Of a stretch of 8,131 bases of DNA, positions 1 to 4,086 are shown piece by piece. Source of the DNA: an uncultured Gammaproteobacteria bacterium (GTDB taxonomy: Bacteria > Patescibacteriota > Microgenomatia > Daviesbacterales > UBA10151); contig CAZFVS010000048.1 in assembly GCA_964522265.1 (NCBI GenBank), positions 1 through 8,131 of the forward strand, read 5' to 3'. The notes beneath the pieces were generated by a model that was given only the letters and a program-made list of their open reading frames with translations, was not told the DNA's origin and searched no databases. Both the position numbers and the translations under genes were made by a program. Each line of letters opens with the position of its first letter. Position 1 is the first letter of the stretch.

Positions 1-488
1 TGATATATCTTGCAGACCCGCAGGTATTTTCATATCTTGTTTCAGAGAATTGGGCAGGTGTGATGCCAAGGGAGGCAAGTATTCAGGGAGCACAATATTT
101 AGATTTTCTGTCTGTTGTGGAAGCAAATTACGGAGCCAATAAATCTAATTTTTTTTTAACCCGGAAAAATAAACTAGAAACAACCTTCGGTAAGGAAGGC
201 CAGGTTGACAACAGGCTTACCATAAATTATGGGAACAATAGTCCGTCTGAAGTATTTCCTGCAGGGAAGTATAAAAACAGGTTTAAAATATATTTGCCGA
301 TTGGTTCAAAAATAACACATGCTCTATGGGGAGAATCAGACGTGTTGCCATTGCTGGCCACCTTCTCTGATTATGGCAGAGCAGGATATTCAGTATTATT
401 GGAACTTAAACCAAAAGAACAAAAGAGTTTAATATTAGAATATGTTGAGCCAAAGCAACTTCAATGCCAGGCTTCTCCTGAAGGTTAG
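1..488 (+). CDS. DUF4012-family protein, C-terminal part. The 5' end lies off-window and the ORF is closed by TAG at 486-488.
   Basis: The frame is open from base 3 (IYLADPQVFSYLVSENWAGV...), so the GTG at 60 in the ORF track is internal. The motifs DFLSVVEANYGANKSNFF and GKYKNRFKIYLP match my memory of the DUF4012 C-terminal region (ANxGxNKxNyf ... YknY.R.y.P). Family assignment is from recollection and was not searched. Confidence 0.7.
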   Translation, partial: IYLADPQVFSYLVSENWAGVMPREASIQGAQYLDFLSVVEANYGANKSNFFLTRKNKLETTFGKEGQVDNRLTINYGNNSPSEVFPAGKYKNRFKIYLPIGSKITHALWGESDVLPLLATFSDYGRAGYSVLLELKPKEQKSLILEYVEPKQLQCQASPEG

Positions 489-689
489 GGGCAACCAGCA
501 GCATATCGTTTGGATGTTATAAAACAGGCTGGGACAGACAGGGATCAATTTGATTGGGATGTGACATACCCGATAAACTATAAATTAAACAAAAAAGTAC
601 TTAATGCAAAAGAAACAGATCAGGAGCTTAATATCTCTACGGATCTACAAAAAAACAGATCATTTATGTTGGAATTTAGCCAAAAATGA
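489..689 (+). pseudogene. In-frame continuation of the DUF4012 reading frame past the TAG: 66 sense codons, then TGA at 687-689. This is the split or read-through C-terminus.
   Basis: Hand translation in the same frame gives GQPAAYRLDVIKQAGTDRDQFDWDVTYPINYKLNKKVLNAKETDQELNISTDLQKNRSFMLEFSQK. There is no stop for 66 codons in AT-rich DNA and no start codon until 666. YRLDVIKQAGT resembles the Y.l.iqKQpGt motif I recall near the end of DUF4012 proteins. Confidence 0.5.
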
Positions 690-727
690 AGCAGATTCTT
701 CGTCTTTGATAAGTCTACCTTTGCACG

Positions 728-768
728 TTGACGAAAATGTTGCGCCAAACTAGTAAATGTGGTAAATT
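728..768 (+). promoter_or_regulatory. Candidate sigma70-type promoter(s) for the L25 gene.
   Basis: Two overlapping candidates: TTGACG (728-733)-17 nt-TAGTAA (751-756), and TTGCGC (740-745)-17 nt-TGgTAAATT (extended -10, 760-768). An SD-like GGGGAG at 784-789 lies 10 nt before the ATG at 800. Confidence 0.3.
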
Positions 769-799
769 ACCAGGGATATAACTGGGGAGTATTTTAAAA

Positions 800-1603
800 A
801 TGGACAGATTATTATTGAAAGCTGAAGAACGCACTATACTTGGAAAAAAAGTTAAAAACCTGCGCAAAGAGGGCAAACTCCCGGCTCATGTTTTTGGAAA
901 AGGGTTGGAAACAGAACATATCTCTGTTGACGGAAAGACTTTTTTAAAAACTTTTGCCGAAGCAGGAGAGACAGGGCTGATTGATTTAAGGATAGACGAG
1001 GAAAAGGTTAAACCGGTTTTAGTCCGTGATATCCAATACGACCCGGTTAGCGGCTACCCGCTCCACATAGATTTTTATCAGGTTAATTTAAAAGAAAAAG
1101 TTGCAGTTCCTGTGCCGATTGTGCAGATAGGGGATGAGCCTGAGTCAGTGCACATGGGAGAGACAGTGGTTTTACAGACACTGGGTGAGGTTGAGGTGGA
1201 GGCGTTGCCAGCGGATCTGATTGAAAAAATTGAGGTAGATATCTCTAGTCTTAAAAATATTGATGATGCAATTACTGTAGGAGAGTTAAATTATGATCGG
1301 GAGAAATTAACAATCTTTGTTGATCCTGAAGAGGTGGTGGTAAAATTGGCACCTGCTGTGACTGAGGAGATGAAAAAGCTGCTTGAAGAACAGGAAGCAG
1401 AAGCATCTGCTGCAGTGGAAGAGGCTAAGGCTGAGGAGGGTGCAGAAGAAGGGGAGAAGGTTGAAGGTGAAACAGCCTCTGCCGAAGGCTCCGGCGGGCC
1501 AAAGGAGGGTGTTGAAGGTGTCGGGGAAGAGAAAGAAGCAGGGGAGGCTCAAACAGGTGGTGAAGCAGCTACTGAAGGTGGAGAAGAGCATAAGAGTGAA
1601 TAA
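800..1603 (+). CDS. rplY: 50S ribosomal protein L25, Ctc (long) form, with an Glu/Gly/Ala-rich C-terminal extension of about 80 aa.
   Basis: The N-terminus LKAEERTILGKKVKNLRKEGKLPAHVFGKG ... PVLVRDIQYDPVSGYPLHIDFYQV is the classic L25/Ctc signature. The second beta-domain (VPVPIV..GE..VLQTLGEVEVEALPADLIEKIEVDIS) is present. An SD lies upstream and the stop is TAA. Confidence 0.9.
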   Translation: MDRLLLKAEERTILGKKVKNLRKEGKLPAHVFGKGLETEHISVDGKTFLKTFAEAGETGLIDLRIDEEKVKPVLVRDIQYDPVSGYPLHIDFYQVNLKEKVAVPVPIVQIGDEPESVHMGETVVLQTLGEVEVEALPADLIEKIEVDISSLKNIDDAITVGELNYDREKLTIFVDPEEVVVKLAPAVTEEMKKLLEEQEAEASAAVEEAKAEEGAEEGEKVEGETASAEGSGGPKEGVEGVGEEKEAGEAQTGGEAATEGGEEHKSE

Positions 1604-1615
1604 GAAAGACTCTTG

Positions 1616-1642
1616 TTGCGTCAATTTTGCGTTAAATTTGCG
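1616..1642 (+). repeat. Three TTGCG words phased at exactly 11 nt: TTGCGtcaatt TTGCGttaaat TTGCGggaaaa.
   Basis: TTGCG occurs at 1616-1620, 1627-1631 and 1638-1642. This was read directly from the sequence. Confidence 0.5.
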
Positions 1643-1724
1643 GGAAAAACATGCCTAACCTAGAAAATTTAGAATCAAGGGTGAAGCAAATTGAGGAGAG
1701 AAATTCTCGGGTTAGGTTTTGCCC

Positions 1725-1754
1725 CTTGTCAATCCGGCTGCGCCGGATTGCAAG
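1725..1754. repeat. GC-rich hairpin / inverted repeat in the rplY-DUF218 spacer.
   Basis: caatccggc (1730-1738) tgc gccggattg (1742-1750) forms a perfect 9-bp stem with a 3-nt loop. It extends through cttg (1725-1728) / caag (1751-1754) with one bulged t. No U-tract lies on either side, so it is not a canonical intrinsic terminator. Confidence 0.5.
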
Positions 1755-1842
1755 CGATCTCCCTCGTTCGAAACAAATGTTTAATTGTAATTGTTTCTCA
1801 CTCGGTCCGATTGGTGGATGAAAACTATTCATAAAAAATAAA

Positions 1843-2472
1843 ATGGAGAATGAAGTTTTTAAAGCTAGTGTGTTGACTTCAAGTTTGTTTCCTCAGGAGA
1901 AAGTTGATGCAGCTTTTTTCCATGGCAGGGCTGTATGGAATAAAGAAGGTTTAGGTGAAGATCATGGAAGGTTATTTGAGTTTGTATCCGGGCTTTACCA
2001 TGAAACTATTGTGGATTATATTGCTTTGACAAACACAGAAGGCCAGGGGGTAGATGCTCCTGAGCCGCAAAGCGCCTGGCCAGGTAAAACCGTTTATAGA
2101 AACAGGCTTATAGCGCTGGGAGTGCCCAGTAAACGGATAGTACCAACTAATATCCCAGCCCTGCATACAAGAGAGGAGAATGATGCTTTCTTAGACCTGG
2201 CAAAATCAAGGTTATGGGAAAGTGGGGTTATTGTGGCACATCCGCATCAGCTGTTAAGGTCCATTTTGGGGATGGTGCAAAGCATGGATCAGCAGGGGTA
2301 CTTAATGAGAGTTTATACTGCCTCACCCTTATTTACAGATTGGCGAGAGTTGGTCAACGGTAACCAGGGTCAGGAATTAAAACCCCGTATAAAGCATATA
2401 GAAAACGAAGCTGAGAGGATTTTAAAATATCAAAATTTAGGACTTCTGGCCTCTTTTAAACAGTTTTTTTGA
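1843..2472 (+). CDS. DUF218 (YdcF/SanA/ElyC)-like protein.
   Basis: Single long ORF from ATG to TGA. The segment RNRLIALGVPSKRIVPTNIPALHTREENDAFLDLAKSRLWESGVIVAHPHQLLRS resembles the DUF218 core (L...GVp...I..e..s.nT.eNa......l......vilVT...H..Ra). The family call is from memory. Confidence 0.55.
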   Translation: MENEVFKASVLTSSLFPQEKVDAAFFHGRAVWNKEGLGEDHGRLFEFVSGLYHETIVDYIALTNTEGQGVDAPEPQSAWPGKTVYRNRLIALGVPSKRIVPTNIPALHTREENDAFLDLAKSRLWESGVIVAHPHQLLRSILGMVQSMDQQGYLMRVYTASPLFTDWRELVNGNQGQELKPRIKHIENEAERILKYQNLGLLASFKQFF

Positions 2473-2487
2473 TTATGCTAAAAGTCT

Positions 2488-2736
2488 TTAGCGGTAAACT
2501 TCTCTTCTATGGCTGATTTTGATAATGGTGATAAGTTTTTTTAATTTATCAATTGTATAGATTACTCTATAGTCACCAATTCTGATTCGATAGCCTTTAT
2601 CCGCTTCCAACTTTTGGCTATCTAAACCATAGGGGTTATTTCTAAGTAAAGCCACTTTTTTAAAGATTCTTTGTGCTAATTGACGATCCAGAGAGAGAAT
2701 CTCTTTTTCTGCGGAGTTGGAATAGACTAAATTCAT
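2488..2736 (-). CDS. Type II toxin, RelE/ParE superfamily.
   Basis: 82 aa. The sequence ...AEKEILSLDRQLAQRIFKKVALLRNNP...YRIRIGDYRVIYTIDKLKKLITIIKISHRREVY carries the hallmark YRiRvGdYRviY...hR.evY. Its ATG overlaps the upstream antitoxin stop (ATGA, 2733-2736). Confidence 0.9.
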   Translation of the reverse strand: MNLVYSNSAEKEILSLDRQLAQRIFKKVALLRNNPYGLDSQKLEADKGYRIRIGDYRVIYTIDKLKKLITIIKISHRREVYR

Positions 2737-2984
2737 TTAAGCCCAAGTTTTTTTGCTATCTCATCAAAAGATACAGTTGGTTCATTTTTTCGCTCTTCAA
2801 TGGCTTGCAAATCTTCCAAATCTTCCAGTGCCTGTTCTAGCAGCCGGTAATAGTCAGGGTCAACCATAACTGCTGCAGGTTCAGAGCGTTGTAAAATTAC
2901 CACTGATTGGCCGGAAGATTTCACCTGGCCAACCACCTTCTTGGTATTTTGTTTTAGATCAGTAATAGAGACAATATTTATCAT
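2733..2984 (-). CDS. Type II antitoxin, Phd/YefM family.
   Basis: 83 aa. The N-terminus MINIVSITDLKQNTKKVVGQVKSSGQSVVILQRSEPAAVMVDPDYY is a typical Phd/YefM fold signature, followed by an acidic C-terminal tail. It has a 4-nt overlap with the toxin gene. Confidence 0.9.
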   Translation of the reverse strand: MINIVSITDLKQNTKKVVGQVKSSGQSVVILQRSEPAAVMVDPDYYRLLEQALEDLEDLQAIEERKNEPTVSFDEIAKKLGLK

Positions 2985-3020
2985 AAGTACATTCTAACGT
3001 ACTTTTGGAGATATTGTCAA
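2985..3020 (-). promoter_or_regulatory. Promoter plus putative operator of the phd/relE-like operon, with leaderless geometry.
   Basis: The minus strand reads TTGACA (3015-3020)-18 nt-TAGAAT (2991-2996)-gtactt-ATG (2982-2984). A 6-bp inverted repeat aagtac/gtactt (2985-2990 / 2999-3004) brackets the -10 box. Confidence 0.55.
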
Positions 3021-3056
3021 GAGTATTACTAGGTTCTCCAATAAATAAAAACTTCT

Positions 3057-3479
3057 TTATATTTCATCCCAAACCTTTTTGAGCTCTTTTTTTGTATATT
3101 CCTTTGAGACAGGCCAAAGATATATATAATCGGAAAGAAACATTGCATTTTTCTCAAAATCAAAGGTTATTTTGTTTTTCTTTAAGTATTTCATTCCCTC
3201 CCTTACTGCTAAAAGCTCCTCTTGGAAGCGAAACGTCGATTTAAAAAGATATTGATAGGCAAATTTTAAAATACCAATTTCTTTTTGTCTTTTACGGTGA
3301 GTTTCTTCATGAATAAGCAGTGCTATGTGTTTTGGATTAGGGTGATCGGTTTGCAAATCTCGATATATGGGGTCAGGAATGAGAATAATCAGCCCTAAGC
3401 TCTGAGCGGTTGTTTTCCCAATAAATGGAAAGTGATGCAATAGTGAGCCTTTTGAAATAACATACCAAGGAAGTTTCAT
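3057..3479 (-). CDS. Small (140 aa) HExxH zincin-like putative metallopeptidase. Family not recognised.
   Basis: HEETH is encoded at 3297-3311 (checked: cat gaa gaa act cac). A hydrophobic strand LGLIILIP precedes it and Glu87/Glu88 follow as possible third ligands. Clean ORF from ATG to TAA. Confidence 0.6.
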   Translation of the reverse strand: MKLPWYVISKGSLLHHFPFIGKTTAQSLGLIILIPDPIYRDLQTDHPNPKHIALLIHEETHRKRQKEIGILKFAYQYLFKSTFRFQEELLAVREGMKYLKKNKITFDFEKNAMFLSDYIYLWPVSKEYTKKELKKVWDEI

Positions 3480-3485
3480 TACAAA

Positions 3486-3494
3486 ATTATAACA
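3486..3494 (-). promoter_or_regulatory. Extended -10 element (TGtTATAAT) directly upstream of the HExxH gene.
   Basis: The minus strand reads TGt TATAAT (hexamer 3486-3491)-tttgta-ATG (3477-3479). The -35 position is poor (CCGAAC). The gap is 6 nt, the same as at the two TA promoters. Confidence 0.4.
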
Positions 3495-3515
3495 AAAGTT
3501 AGCTGAAAGTTCGGA

Positions 3516-3773
3516 TTAACTCACAGTTTTGTGGAGTACTGAAGCAGCATAGGTTTGGTAGGGAAGGCCCTCTTTGGCAGCTTTGGTTTTTAGATTATGC
3601 AGATCCCGTTCAGAGAGCCTAATATTGATATTTTTAGTCTTATTTAAGGTGTTTCTGGCTGCAGCCATAAGCTCTTTTTTAACCCTTGCAAAATTTTTAA
3701 CCCTAACTAATTTACCCTCCTCAAAGGCTTTTAAGATTTCTTCTTCTTCTGGATCTAACTGATAGAACTTCAT
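3516..3773 (-). CDS. brnA: BrnA-like antitoxin (ribbon-helix-helix/CopG type).
   Basis: 85 aa. The segment NINIRLSERDLHNLKTKAAKEGLPYQTYAASVLHK matches the i.iRl...dl..lK..A...GlpYQtli...lH signature of BrnA-type antitoxins. Its start overlaps the stop of the upstream toxin by 1 nt (TAATG). Confidence 0.8.
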   Translation of the reverse strand: MKFYQLDPEEEEILKAFEEGKLVRVKNFARVKKELMAAARNTLNKTKNINIRLSERDLHNLKTKAAKEGLPYQTYAASVLHKTVS

Positions 3774-4051
3774 TAGTTGTTTCCCCTTAGGTATTTTTTA
3801 GTAGCTTTCCTACTAGGAATAATCGTTTTTAAAAAAACTTTTTCTTCATCCCGTACAAAAGGTACTAAATAAGCATAATCATCTATTTCCACAACCATTA
3901 TTTTTTGGTTAGGATATCTTATTTGATTAGGGTGATCAAATGTATCTAATAATCTTCCTGAATCTACGGCTACCTTTATATCTTCAAACGCAATACCCCG
4001 CACTTTCTTCAAAAGTACATTTTTACCTTTATCCCAATCAAGGTATTTCAC
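3773..4051 (-). CDS. brnT: BrnT-like toxin (DUF497 family).
   Basis: 92 aa. LDWDKGKNVLLKKVRGIAFEDI ... FLKTIIPSRKATKKY matches the DUF497 pattern (f.WD..Ka..N..KHgvsFeea ... iRIISARkAtk.E...Y). The toxin-first gene order is typical of BrnTA. GTG start. Confidence 0.75.
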   Translation of the reverse strand: MKYLDWDKGKNVLLKKVRGIAFEDIKVAVDSGRLLDTFDHPNQIRYPNQKIMVVEIDDYAYLVPFVRDEEKVFLKTIIPSRKATKKYLRGNN

Positions 4052-4086
4052 CTATGTATTCTATGACAAAACATATTAATTGTCAA
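4052..4086 (-). promoter_or_regulatory. Promoter of the brnTA-like operon. The -35 box is embedded in the last valS codons and the geometry is leaderless.
   Basis: The minus strand reads TTGACA (4081-4086)-17 nt-TAGAAT (4058-4063)-acatag-GTG (4049-4051). A 5-bp inverted repeat tatgt/acata (4053-4057 / 4071-4075) brackets the -10 box. Confidence 0.55.

Noticed and set aside
486-488. TAG read as pyrrolysine.
   Set aside because: No pyl genes are in the window, and nothing here suggests a methylamine-methyltransferase context. This remains untestable from this window and is much less likely than a mutation, an error or simple readthrough.
1307-1658. ORFs 1307-1624 (-) and 1383-1658 (+), which overlap the 3' end of rplY.
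   Set aside because: They are shadow frames created by the purine-rich, low-complexity GAA/GAG/GGT tract that encodes the L25 acidic tail. Their products are Cys/Phe/Leu-rich or Lys/Arg-rich nonsense with no start context.
1761-1775. tRNA T-loop-like GTTCGAA (ccctcgttcgaaaca).
   Set aside because: I found no complementary T-stem, acceptor stem or D-arm on either strand around it.
1651-1821. Cys-containing C-terminus (FNCNCFSLGPIGG) as a RiPP precursor core.
   Set aside because: No modification enzyme, protease or transporter gene is adjacent, and the Cys-rich part coincides with a GC-rich hairpin region. It is better explained as a remnant or non-coding sequence.
1632-1832. 66-aa minus-strand ORF in the rplY-DUF218 spacer.
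   Set aside because: It has no promoter or SD context and no recognisable motif, and it overlaps the hairpin and the better-supported plus-strand features. It is most likely a chance ORF.
2473-2487. Intrinsic terminator between the convergent DUF218 and RelE-like genes.
   Set aside because: The gap is only 15 nt (ttatgctaaaagtct) and has no stem-loop or U-tract.
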